A stretch of DNA of 32,000 nt from an uncultured archaeon (lineage in GTDB: Archaea; Iainarchaeota; Iainarchaeia; Iainarchaeales; Iainarchaeaceae), in assembly GCA_964577555.1 (NCBI GenBank), contig CAZNZM010000002.1:33012-65011 (forward strand), read 5' to 3'. This document shows, in pieces, positions 18,353-27,128 of the stretch. The notes beneath the pieces were generated by a model. The model searched no databases, was not told the origin of the DNA, and worked only from the letters and a program-made list of their open reading frames with translations. The translations under genes and the position numbers were made by a program. The stretch's first letter is position 1. The number at the start of each line of letters is the position of its first letter.

Positions 18353-19015
18353 TTATTCGAATATTTTTCTTCCAATTCTTATTACTGTTGCTCCTTCTTC
18401 TATTGCTATTTCATAATCGTTGCTCATTCCCATGCTGAGGTGTTTTAAATTAAGGTTTTCTTTTATGTCGCATAATTTTTGGAAATATGGCCTTGCTTCT
18501 TCGGGGTTTTTGACCAATGGTGCTATTGTCATGAGGCCTATGAATTTTACGTTGTTGTATGGCAGGTTTTTCATTGTTGTAAGCATTGATTCCACTTCTT
18601 CTGGTTTCATTCCGTATTTTTGCGGTTCGTTTGATGTATTAACTTGCAGAAAAATGTTTTGTATTTTTTCGATGTCGAGGCTTGCGTAATGTATTTTTCT
18701 TAGCAAGTCAAGGCTGTCAACCGATTGTATGTAATCGCACATTTGAACTGCTTTTTTTACTTTGTTGCTTTGCAAGTGTCCTATAAAGTGTATGTCTGTT
18801 TTGAGTTCTTTTAAGTCAGGGTATTTTTCTTCGAGTTCTTGTATGGTGCTTTCGCCTATGTCTGTAATGCCGTGTGAAACAGCTTCTTTTATTTGGTTTA
18901 TTTCTCTTTCTTTTGTTGCCGCCACTATTGTTATTTCTTCTGGTTTTCTTCTGACTTTATTGCATGCCTTGGCAATTGTTTTTCTTATTTCTTCAATGTT
19001 TTGTTTTATGCTCAT
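18353..19015 (-). CDS. YggS/PROSC-family PLP-binding protein
   Basis: EEITIVAATKEREINQIKEAVSHGITDIGESTIQELEEKY, HFIGHLQSNKVK, FIGLMTIAPL, HLSMGMSNDYEIAIEEGATVIRIGRKIFE. Confidence 0.93.
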   Translation of the reverse strand: MSIKQNIEEIRKTIAKACNKVRRKPEEITIVAATKEREINQIKEAVSHGITDIGESTIQELEEKYPDLKELKTDIHFIGHLQSNKVKKAVQMCDYIQSVDSLDLLRKIHYASLDIEKIQNIFLQVNTSNEPQKYGMKPEEVESMLTTMKNLPYNNVKFIGLMTIAPLVKNPEEARPYFQKLCDIKENLNLKHLSMGMSNDYEIAIEEGATVIRIGRKIFE

Positions 19016-19345
19016 GTTTATTATTTTATTGCGTCATGTTTTTATTATTCTTGGCTTAATTGTTTTTTTTGTCTTTGTTTTGTTTTTTTTTTCAAGCCGT
19101 TTTTTTGTTTGTTAGTTTTTTTAGTTATTTTTTTGTTTTTTTTATGAGCCTTTTTATTTTTTGAATTTTGTTTTTTTTGTTTTTTTTTGGCGAGCCTTTT
19201 TTTGTCATTTTTTTTTGTAAGTCATTTTTTTCTTGTTTTTTTTTGTGGATTGTTTTTTTTATAAGCCAATTATTTTTTTTGTTTTTTTGGCGAGCGTTTT
19301 TTTTGGTATTTTTTTTGAAATTTTGTTTTTTTTTCTTTTTGGTTT
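19016..19345 (+). repeat. T-rich low-complexity spacer between two minus-strand genes, containing copy B of the 49-bp exact repeat
   Basis: 19146-19194 is identical to 8431-8479. Also caagccg near 19093 and ggcgagcg near 19289. Confidence 0.75.
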
Positions 19346-19759
19346 TTATTTTGTCTCGCCTTTTTTGCCTACTACTCGTATTAGCGAGCCCCATTTTATG
19401 TATTGTACTTCGTTTCCGCTTGCAAGCCCCGTAACGTCTTTCGGTTTTTCAATTTCGTTTATTGAATAATCTTTTGTGTCCATTATTTGTATTCTGTCTC
19501 CCATTATTGCTACTACTTGTGCGTCGCCTTTTTCAATTATGGGAATTTCAACATCGGCATCCACCGGTTTGAGAAGTGTTTTTTTGACGTCTCTGAATAT
19601 TCCCATTCCTGTGGCCCTGATTTTTGCCGCTCCGTGTTTTCCCGGTTTTGATTTTTCAACGCCTTTTATTTGACAGGGTTCTCCTTCAATTAGCGCGTAT
19701 GATCCTTCTTTAAGGTCTCCTGCGTATCCGAATTTTTTTTCTCCTTCAGTTATTACCAT
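19346..19759 (-). CDS. Translation initiation factor aIF5A
   Basis: Hypusination loop KSKPGKHGAAKIRATGMGIF; 137 aa. Confidence 0.96.
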   Translation of the reverse strand: MVITEGEKKFGYAGDLKEGSYALIEGEPCQIKGVEKSKPGKHGAAKIRATGMGIFRDVKKTLLKPVDADVEIPIIEKGDAQVVAIMGDRIQIMDTKDYSINEIEKPKDVTGLASGNEVQYIKWGSLIRVVGKKGETK

Positions 19760-19904
19760 TTTTTTTCACCTGCATTGAAATCGCCTTAGTTAATTTTAAA
19801 TAGGTTTGCAAAACCCCTTGTATTTGTCTTTTAATTGGTTTTTAGGCTGTTTTTTTGCCCTTGTGTGAGTTTTTTAATGGTATTTCGGTATTACTTATAT
19901 TGTT

Positions 19905-20357
19905 ATGTTCAGGTTTGTTAAGAGAATATTTGATAAAGGCAATGATTGTCGTAATCTTGCCGTTTTTATTGATGGCCCAAATATTTTGAGGAAGGATTTG
20001 GGTGTTAGTCTTGCCGATATTAAGAAAAATCTTGAAAAATTTGGAAAGGTGAAGATTGGCAGGGTTTTTATGAATCAATATGCTTCTGAAAAACTTGTTG
20101 AAGCTGTTGTGAATCATGGTTTTGAGTCTGTGATTACTGTTGGTGATGTTGATGTTTCAATGGTTGCTGATGCTGTTGAAGCAGTATTTAATCCGCAGAT
20201 TCACACTATTGTTTTTGTGACGAGGGATTCGGATTTTTTGCCTGCTATTATAAAAGCCAAGCGTGAGGGAAAGGAAACAATTGTTATGCTTACTGAAGAG
20301 GCCAGTTCTGTTTCTCTTAAAAATAATGCTGATCATGTTATTTTGCTTGGGAAGTGA
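19905..20357 (+). CDS. NYN-domain (LabA/DUF88-like) putative ribonuclease
   Basis: NLAVFIDGPNILRKDLG...VGDVDVSMVADAVEAV...IVFVTRDSDFLPAIIKAKREGKETIVM: conserved Asp pattern of NYN/PIN-like nucleases. Confidence 0.85.
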   Translation: MFRFVKRIFDKGNDCRNLAVFIDGPNILRKDLGVSLADIKKNLEKFGKVKIGRVFMNQYASEKLVEAVVNHGFESVITVGDVDVSMVADAVEAVFNPQIHTIVFVTRDSDFLPAIIKAKREGKETIVMLTEEASSVSLKNNADHVILLGK

Positions 20358-20363
20358 TTTTGC

Positions 20364-20858
20364 ATGAATCTTCCTGTAGGTGATATAATTGGAAGGGGTA
20401 TTAATTTAAAGGAAGTGGATATTCGTAAGCTTATTGAAGGTTTTTATGACAAGGGTTTTTCTGGTTATCTTGTTGCTTCTCTTTATGGTTTTGATTCGGT
20501 TGAAGAGGGCGTATTGCTTTTCAAGGATGGTTTGCTTATTGCCGCTATTTACGAGTATGAATTTTATGGAATAACTATTTTTGGCGATGTTGCTTTGCCA
20601 CATATATTCAATTCTTTTGCTGCTGATTTTATTGTGGCTGATATAGTGTCTCTTTCTAATCAGCAAATTGATCTTGTTACTGCTTTTAATGATAAAGCTA
20701 AGTTGAATAAGGTTTTGCAAAAAGGCGATGTTGGAAGGTTAATGGTCAAAGCGTTTTCTAAAGATCTTGCCAAATCTGTATTGTCCAATTTGGTAAGTTC
20801 TGCAGAGGACAAGGCTGAGATTTTTAAGAAGCTCGGTTTAGCTGGTTTGGGTGAGTGA
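20364..20858 (+). CDS. Conserved archaeal protein, possibly DUF2226-like
   Basis: MNLPVGDIIGRGINLKEVDIRKLIEGFYDKGFSGYLVAS...; 7 bp after the upstream gene. Family assignment from memory and tentative. Confidence 0.55.
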   Translation: MNLPVGDIIGRGINLKEVDIRKLIEGFYDKGFSGYLVASLYGFDSVEEGVLLFKDGLLIAAIYEYEFYGITIFGDVALPHIFNSFAADFIVADIVSLSNQQIDLVTAFNDKAKLNKVLQKGDVGRLMVKAFSKDLAKSVLSNLVSSAEDKAEIFKKLGLAGLGE

Positions 20859-21319
20859 TTGTGTTTAGGGGTGCCAAGCTGTTTTTGAAAAAGTTTGCTG
20901 AAAAAATTCTTGATGTTGATGATACTTCTAAGCCAGAGTCCCAGTTGCGTTTGTTGGAAGGTTATTCTGAGCGTTTCAAGTTTGAGTATGATTTGTCAGA
21001 CATTGATAATTTTTTGAAGGTGTTGAAGAAGAAGCATCTTGTTGATGAAATTGTTGTTTCGACTTTGCATGGCAGTGCTATTGGTTCTACTAATGGCGAT
21101 TCTGTTTCTCAGGCTGTTTCTAGTGCAGCGCTTTTCAATTATGTAAAGTCTGAGCTTCCTAAAAGCGAGGCTTTGATTGTAAAGTCTAATGGTTGGCACA
21201 TGATTTTTAATTATGGAAAAAAACTTTATATAGTAAAGGCTTCTAGTAATCTTAATATGGTTGAGTTGAAAGCATTGGCCCGCGAAATAGAGTCTTTTCT
21301 TGAAAAGAATGCTATTTAA
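20855..21319 (+). CDS. Hypothetical protein, possible roadblock/LC7-like fold
   Basis: 4-bp overlap with the upstream gene. C-terminal half VDEIVVSTLHGSAIGSTNGDSVSQAVSSAALFNYVKSELPKSEALIVKSNGWHMIFNYGKKLYIVKAS... has a roadblock-like pattern. Confidence 0.55.
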   Translation: MIVFRGAKLFLKKFAEKILDVDDTSKPESQLRLLEGYSERFKFEYDLSDIDNFLKVLKKKHLVDEIVVSTLHGSAIGSTNGDSVSQAVSSAALFNYVKSELPKSEALIVKSNGWHMIFNYGKKLYIVKASSNLNMVELKALAREIESFLEKNAI

Positions 21320-21383
21320 TAGTTGCTTTTACATAACGTTTTAATAATCTAAATTCTATAAATACTTTGGCTTGGTGTTTTTT

Positions 21384-22181
21384 GTGGTAAGGGTAATTTC
21401 GGTAATTTCAGGCAAAGGCGGGGTGGGAAAGACCACTATTGCAGCCAATCTTGGCGTGGCTCTTGCAAAGAGAGGGCTTAAAGTGCTTCTCATTGATGCG
21501 GATATTGCCATGGCTAATACTTCTTTGCTTTTGAATATGCAGAATTCTCCGATTACTTTGCATGATGTTCTTTTGGGCGAGGCTTCTGTGCAGGACGCTA
21601 TTTATGATGGTCCTGCTGGTTTGAAATTTATGCCTTCTGGTCTTAGTCTTGAAAATTATCGCAGGGTTGATTCTGAAAGGTTGCAGTCAATAATTGATTC
21701 AGTGAGGGTTCAATTTGATTTTATAATTTTGGATTGTGCGGCTGGAATTGAAAAGAATGTGCTTGCCGCGATTTCAGCTTCTGATGAAGTTCTTTTGGTT
21801 GCTATGCCTACTAGTCCAAGCATTGCTGATGTTTTAAAAGCAAAGATTACTGCCCAGCGTCTTGGTGCAAAGCCGATTGGAACTATTTTGAATTTTGTTC
21901 GTGATGAAAGGGGCGAGGTTCAAAAGGATGAAGTAATGAAGATTTTGGAGCTTCCTGTGCTTGGTTCTGTGCCTTATGACGACGAAGTGAGGCGCAGTTT
22001 TATGCAGGAAAATATGATGCCTTTTATTTTGAGGTCTCCTTCCTGTCCTGCTGCTGTTGCATTGCAAAAGATTGCTGCAAGGCTTGCTGGTTTGCCAATG
22101 CTGCAAGAAGAGAAGAAAACGGGTTTTTTGAGCGGTTTTTTAAATAAATTGTTTTCTATTTTTAAAGGTAAGCCAAAGTGA
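21384..22181 (+). CDS. minD: MinD/ParA-family P-loop ATPase
   Basis: ISGKGGVGKTTIAANLGVALA deviant Walker A, VLLIDADIAMAN, FIILDCAAGIEKNVLAAISA. Probable GTG start at 21384; the track gives 21372. Confidence 0.9.
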   Translation: MVRVISVISGKGGVGKTTIAANLGVALAKRGLKVLLIDADIAMANTSLLLNMQNSPITLHDVLLGEASVQDAIYDGPAGLKFMPSGLSLENYRRVDSERLQSIIDSVRVQFDFIILDCAAGIEKNVLAAISASDEVLLVAMPTSPSIADVLKAKITAQRLGAKPIGTILNFVRDERGEVQKDEVMKILELPVLGSVPYDDEVRRSFMQENMMPFILRSPSCPAAVALQKIAARLAGLPMLQEEKKTGFLSGFLNKLFSIFKGKPK

Positions 22182-22196
22182 TGGGGGGTTTTTAGT

Positions 22197-22415
22197 ATGA
22201 GTGGAAGGCCATTTGATCTTTTGAGTGCGGCAATAGGCAAGGATGTTATTGTTGAATGCAAGGGGAATGTTTCTTACCGTGGCACTCTTAAAGCATTTGA
22301 CGTGCATATGAATGTTGTTCTTGAGAATGCTGAAAAGTTTGAGAATTCCGACCCAAAAAATAAGTATGGCAAGCTTCTTATTCGTGGCGAGAATGTTATA
22401 CTTATTAGTCCTTGA
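22197..22415 (+). CDS. Archaeal Sm-like (LSm) RNA-binding protein
   Basis: 72 aa; GKDVIVECKGNVSYRGTLKAFDVHMNVVLENAEKF (Sm1) and KLLIRGENVILISP (Sm2). Confidence 0.95.
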   Translation: MSGRPFDLLSAAIGKDVIVECKGNVSYRGTLKAFDVHMNVVLENAEKFENSDPKNKYGKLLIRGENVILISP

Positions 22416-22420
22416 TTTTT

Positions 22421-22514
22421 GGGCCCTTAGTGTAGAGGCTAACACGCGTGCATGGCATTAAGTTTGAACTTACCAATGTGCACGATACGCCGGGTTCGAG
22501 TCCCGGAGGGTCCA
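22421..22514 (+). tRNA. tRNA-Ala(GGC) with a probable 21-nt intron at 37/38
   Basis: Acceptor GGGCCCT/AGGGTCC with G3:U70, D-stem GTGT/ACAC, anticodon stem CGTGC/GCACG, T-arm CCGGG TTCGAGT CCCGG. The extra loop sequence forms a bulge-helix-bulge-like fold. No encoded CCA. Confidence 0.88.
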
Positions 22515-22660
22515 TTTTGCATTTTTTTTAAAGTTTGGTGCTAAAAATATTGGTTTTAAGCAATCGCTTGTTTTTCCGGATTTTTAAGTTGTTTTACAAT
22601 AAAAAAATCCATTTTTTTTGGCACCCCTCAATAATTAATAATAGTATTTCGTAAAATAGT

Positions 22661-24349
22661 ATGACTTCCATGTTGTTTCCTGCCAATAAAAAGAAAATTC
22701 TTAAGGAATCGATTACTAGGTTGTTGCAATTAGGCATACCTGACTTGGATATTATTCAAAATCTTCAAAGTGTTGGAGTTCCTGAATCTCTTGCAAAGTC
22801 TATTTTAAAGGAAACTAAGGAAGAGTTGGCTGGAAAACAATCCAAACAATCTTTAAAGCCTGTTTCTGAAATTAAAAATTTGGTTGCTTCTGGTGAAAAA
22901 CAAGTTGAAGACAAACCCGTTTCAAAAAGCGATTCCGAATCAGCAGTTTCTGGTGATGTTGAATCTGAAGAAGAATTGATTGACGAGTTTTATGATGATA
23001 GGGAAAAAGAAGATGATTCTAATTTGCCCGATTCTCTCAGCGAAATAAAAAAGTCAATAGTTGAAGATAAGGTTGAAACGGATTCCAGTTCTGGGAAAAA
23101 AAATTCTTCTTTGGAAATTGAGACTTCTGTTTCTCACGAGGCAAGCGATGTTTCTTCTCTTTGGGAGAAAGGCATACTTGCCACTGTTGATGCAAAGTTA
23201 ACCGAAATGGAGCGAATAAGAGATGAATTGGACAAGGTTCTGGACCAAAAAATTTCAGAGAAAATGAAGGTTGAAATTAAGAAAGTGGAAGCTGTTCTTG
23301 AATCTGAACGCGCTCTTTTTTACAACAAAATAGACAGCCATCTTGAATCAAAGGCCGAAGAATTAAAGAATGTGATTGCTGCACAATCCAAGCAGTTGCA
23401 GGATGTTAATGCCAAGGCTGCTGATATTCTTTCCAAGGTCGGAGTTGAAAAAAAGTTTAATGCGGAGCTTTTGAATAGTTTGAATGAAAAAATTGCCAGT
23501 ATTGAGACTTTGCGTAGCCAAATGCTTTCTCAATTGAATCAATCCCAACTTGAACAGAGTTTGAAGTTCAAAAATTTTATGGATGAATCTGCAAAAAGGC
23601 GTGAGGAACTTGAGGCGAGAATTTCGAGGGCTTTGCAACTTGAATCAAAGATAGCTGAAGGGCTTATTGAGGACGCCAAGAATCGTATTGAGGAGATGAG
23701 GCTTGACAAGGATGCAGAGCTTTCAAAGAAGATTAACGAGAAAGTTAAGGAGCTTGATGATATTATTGCGAAGATTGATCCGAAGGGAATTGTTGAAACC
23801 GGCAAGCGCATTAAAATTCTTGATGAACAAGTAACCAAAAAAATAAGCGAGATTGACGCATTGTTGGAAAAGAAGTTTAATGATGCTGATCGTAAGATTG
23901 AGGAAAGCATTTCTGAAATGCAGGCCGCTTTGGAGAAAGCAGAGGATGAGAGGTTTGCAAAATTGAAGGAGGAGTATGCTCAAGCAATGGATGAGATGTT
24001 TAGCCAAGAGCTTGAAATTTGGGATAAAAAAATAAAATCCAAAGAGGAAGAAATAGAAAAGTTGAAGGAGCAGATTGATATTGAAAAATTTAATGCTTCT
24101 CTTGAGTCGCTTGATATTTTTAAGGATCAGTTTGTGAATACTATAAGCAAAAGCATTGATGATTATAACAGGGCTAAAAAGGAGCTTGCTGAAAAAGTTA
24201 TTGCAAGGGACAAGGCGATTAATGATTATTTGAAGAGAATTGATTCAAAGTTGGCTGAGTTGAGCGAGTTTCAGCAAAAGTTTTCAAAAAAGTTTGCCGA
24301 GATGTTGGACAAGACGGAAAGTTCGGTTGAGAAAAAACAAAAAAAGTAG
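22661..24349 (+). CDS. Long coiled-coil protein, function unknown
   Basis: 562 aa; long heptad-like Glu/Lys-rich helices over most of the length (EMERIRDELDKVLDQKISEKMKVEIKK... onward). N-terminal LQLGIPDLDIIQNLQSVGVPESLAKSILKET helical segment. Confidence 0.8.
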   Translation: MTSMLFPANKKKILKESITRLLQLGIPDLDIIQNLQSVGVPESLAKSILKETKEELAGKQSKQSLKPVSEIKNLVASGEKQVEDKPVSKSDSESAVSGDVESEEELIDEFYDDREKEDDSNLPDSLSEIKKSIVEDKVETDSSSGKKNSSLEIETSVSHEASDVSSLWEKGILATVDAKLTEMERIRDELDKVLDQKISEKMKVEIKKVEAVLESERALFYNKIDSHLESKAEELKNVIAAQSKQLQDVNAKAADILSKVGVEKKFNAELLNSLNEKIASIETLRSQMLSQLNQSQLEQSLKFKNFMDESAKRREELEARISRALQLESKIAEGLIEDAKNRIEEMRLDKDAELSKKINEKVKELDDIIAKIDPKGIVETGKRIKILDEQVTKKISEIDALLEKKFNDADRKIEESISEMQAALEKAEDERFAKLKEEYAQAMDEMFSQELEIWDKKIKSKEEEIEKLKEQIDIEKFNASLESLDIFKDQFVNTISKSIDDYNRAKKELAEKVIARDKAINDYLKRIDSKLAELSEFQQKFSKKFAEMLDKTESSVEKKQKK

Positions 24350-24705
24350 TTTTTTTTGTTTTTGTGAGTTGTTTTTTTAGGCGTTTTATTTTTTTTGTTT
24401 GGTGTTTTTTTTTGAATTTGCTTTTTTTGTGTTGTTTTTTTTGTGATTTTATTTTTTTTAATTCCAAATTGTTTTGTCTTTTTTTGTGGCTTGGATTTTT
24501 TGTTTGAATTTTTGTTTTTTTTGCGAGCCGAATTTTTTTTATTTTTGAAATTTAATTTGTTTTTTTTGTTTGATCTGATTTTTTTGCTGGCATATTTAGT
24601 TTTTTTTCTATTTTTATTTTTTTCTTTTTAATGTTTGTTTTGTTTTTTTTTGTTTTACCAAAATTATTATATAACACTATTTCCTCGTAATTTAAGGTGT
24701 TTTTT
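24350..24705 (+). repeat. T-rich low-complexity spacer with one GCGAGCC core
   Basis: GCGAGCC at 24533-24539 flanked by T-runs; ttaggcgtttta near 24377. Confidence 0.6.
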
Positions 24706-24707
24706 TT

Positions 24708-27119
24708 ATGGATAAGAAAAACAAGATTGTTTTGTGGTTTGATGAGATTGGTATAGAGGATGTGCCTCTTGTAGGGGGCAAGAATGCTTCTTTAGGTGAG
24801 ATGTATAGGCAGTTGTCTTCTAAGGGGGTTAGGGTGCCTAATGGTTTTGCGCTTACTGCTTTTGCTTATAGGCTTTTTATGGAAAAAACAGGGCTTAGGG
24901 AAATGATAAAGTCAGAGTTGAAGGGGCTTGATACAAGTGATATGGATTCGCTTGCCAAAAAGGGGCATAATATTAGGCAAATGATTGTTAAGGCTCAAAT
25001 GCCTAAGGAAATTGAAGACGAGATTGTTGTTGCTTATAAGAAACTTGAAGACCAATATGGTAAGGGTGTTGATGTTGCTGTAAGGAGTTCTGCTACTGCT
25101 GAGGATTTGCCTGATGCGAGTTTTGCGGGTCAACAGGAAACTTATCTTAATGTGAGGGGTTATGCTGATGTTGTTAATGCTTCAAAAAAATGCATAGCTT
25201 CGCTTTTCACTAATAGGGCTATTTCGTATCGTGTTGACAAGAATTTTGATCATTTTTCTATTGCCCTTTCTGTTGGCGTTCAGAAGATGGTTCGTTCCGA
25301 TCTTGCGTGTAGCGGTGTGATGTTTACTATTGATACTGAAACAGGTTTTGACAAGGTTGTGCTTATAAGCGGGGCTTGGGGGCTTGGCGAGAGTGTTGTG
25401 CAAGGGGCTGTTAATCCTGATCAGTATATTGTTTTTAAGCCAACTCTTGAAAATGGTTTTAGGCCGATTTTGAGTAAGAAGCTGGGCGAAAAGGCTATTA
25501 AAATAGTTTATAGCCATGAGGGGCTTAAGCCTGTAAAAACAGTCAGTACTTCAGAAAGGGAGCGTCACAAGTTTACTCTTTCTGATGATGAAATTCTTCA
25601 ATTGGCCAAATGGGGTGTTGAGATAGAGAAGCATTATACTTCTAAGCGTGGCAGGAAAACTCCTATGGATATTGAGTGGGCCAAGGATGGTCATACTGGG
25701 GAGCTTTTTATTGTCCAGGCTAGGCCTGAAACAGTGCAAAGCCAAAAAGATAGGAGTGTTTTTGAGCAATATGTTTTGAAGGGCAAGGGCAAGGTTTTGG
25801 TTGAAGGTGAAGCAATTGGTGAAAAAATTGGTTTTGGAAGGGCTCGTGTGATTGCTGATGTTTCAAAGATAAGCGAGTTCAGGAAAGGCGAGGTTTTGGT
25901 TACTGATACTACTGATCCTGATTGGGAGCCTATAATGAAAATTGCTTCTGCAATTGTGACTGAGCGTGGAGGCAGGACTTCTCATGCTGCTATTGTTTCT
26001 CGTGAACTTGGTATTCCTGCTATTGTTGGAACTAATAATGCTACTGAAAGGATTCGCACTGGAAAAATGGTTACTGTGTCTTGTGCTGAAGGTGAAAGGG
26101 GCAGGGTTTATGATGGCAAGTTGCAGTTTGAAGTCAGAAAGGTTGATTTAAAGTTTCTTCCAAAGACGCGTACTAAATTGATGATGAATGTTGGGAATCC
26201 TGAGCAGGCTTTGGAGTTTGCTTCTATTCCGAATGATGGTGTTGGTTTGGCTCGTGAAGAGTTTATTGTGAATTCTTATATTAAGATTCATCCTAATGCT
26301 TTGTTGCATTTTGTCGAGTTGAAGGATGAAAAGGCGAGGCATGAAATTTTGAGGTTGACTTTTGGTTACAAGGACAAGGTGCAGTTTTATATTGACAAGC
26401 TTGCTGAGGGTATTGCAATGATTTCTGCGGCGTTTTATCCTAACCCTGTAATTTTGCGGTTTTCAGATTTCAAGTCAAACGAGTATGCTAATTTGATTGG
26501 TGGCAGTCAATTTGAGCCAAAGGAAGAGAATCCGATGATTGGTTGGCGCGGTGCTTCTCGTTATTATGATCCTAATTTTAGAGAGGCTTTTGGTTTGGAA
26601 TGTGCTGCGGTAAAGAAGGTGCGCGAGGAAATGGGTCTTGTGAATTTGAAGGTTATGATTCCTTTTTGCAGAACTGTTGAAGAAGGAAGAAAGTGCATTG
26701 CTGAAATGGCTAAAAATGGGTTAAAGCAAGGCAAGGATGGTCTTGAAGTTTATGTGATGTGCGAGATACCTTCTAATGTTATTCTTGCTGAGGAGTTTTG
26801 CAAGGTTTTTGACGGTTTTTCGATTGGGAGCAATGATTTGACTCAACTTGCTCTTGGGCTTGACAGGGATTCTGGTATTGTGACTCATATTGCAAATGAA
26901 AAAAATGAGGCTGTGAAGCGATTAATCAGCCAAGTTATTAAAGTTGCCAAGTCGAATAACAAGAAGATTGGTATTTGTGGTCAAGCGCCTTCAGATTTTC
27001 CGGACTTTGCCGAATTTCTTGTTGAACAAGGCATTGATTCGATTTCGCTTAATCCTGATACTGTTTTAAAGACAAGGCAAATTATTGCAAAAAAGGAAAA
27101 AGAGCTCAAAATAATTTGA
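24708..27119 (+). CDS. ppsA: Phosphoenolpyruvate synthase (pyruvate, water dikinase)
   Basis: VGGKNASLGEMYRQL start, GGRTSHAAIVSRELGIPAIVG phosphohistidine motif, VMCEIPSNVILAEEF, SIGSNDLTQLALGLDRDSG, CGQAPSD PEP-binding C-terminus. Confidence 0.97.
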   Translation: MDKKNKIVLWFDEIGIEDVPLVGGKNASLGEMYRQLSSKGVRVPNGFALTAFAYRLFMEKTGLREMIKSELKGLDTSDMDSLAKKGHNIRQMIVKAQMPKEIEDEIVVAYKKLEDQYGKGVDVAVRSSATAEDLPDASFAGQQETYLNVRGYADVVNASKKCIASLFTNRAISYRVDKNFDHFSIALSVGVQKMVRSDLACSGVMFTIDTETGFDKVVLISGAWGLGESVVQGAVNPDQYIVFKPTLENGFRPILSKKLGEKAIKIVYSHEGLKPVKTVSTSERERHKFTLSDDEILQLAKWGVEIEKHYTSKRGRKTPMDIEWAKDGHTGELFIVQARPETVQSQKDRSVFEQYVLKGKGKVLVEGEAIGEKIGFGRARVIADVSKISEFRKGEVLVTDTTDPDWEPIMKIASAIVTERGGRTSHAAIVSRELGIPAIVGTNNATERIRTGKMVTVSCAEGERGRVYDGKLQFEVRKVDLKFLPKTRTKLMMNVGNPEQALEFASIPNDGVGLAREEFIVNSYIKIHPNALLHFVELKDEKARHEILRLTFGYKDKVQFYIDKLAEGIAMISAAFYPNPVILRFSDFKSNEYANLIGGSQFEPKEENPMIGWRGASRYYDPNFREAFGLECAAVKKVREEMGLVNLKVMIPFCRTVEEGRKCIAEMAKNGLKQGKDGLEVYVMCEIPSNVILAEEFCKVFDGFSIGSNDLTQLALGLDRDSGIVTHIANEKNEAVKRLISQVIKVAKSNNKKIGICGQAPSDFPDFAEFLVEQGIDSISLNPDTVLKTRQIIAKKEKELKII

Positions 27120-27128
27120 TTGTTTTGG

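Noticed and set aside
19381-19392. Additional gcgagcc match near 19384
   Set aside because: Lies within the coding sequence of aIF5A without T-run context; treated as chance.
19125-19394. Minus-strand Lys-rich ORF MGLANTSSRQKRRDKIKTKKKKKQ... overlapping aIF5A
   Set aside because: Translation of A-runs on the opposite strand of the T-rich spacer; overlaps the 3' end of aIF5A in another frame.
24219-24467. Minus-strand ORF MELKKIKSQKKQHKKSKFKKKHQTKK...
   Set aside because: Also A-run translation of a T-rich spacer, overlapping the end of the coiled-coil gene.
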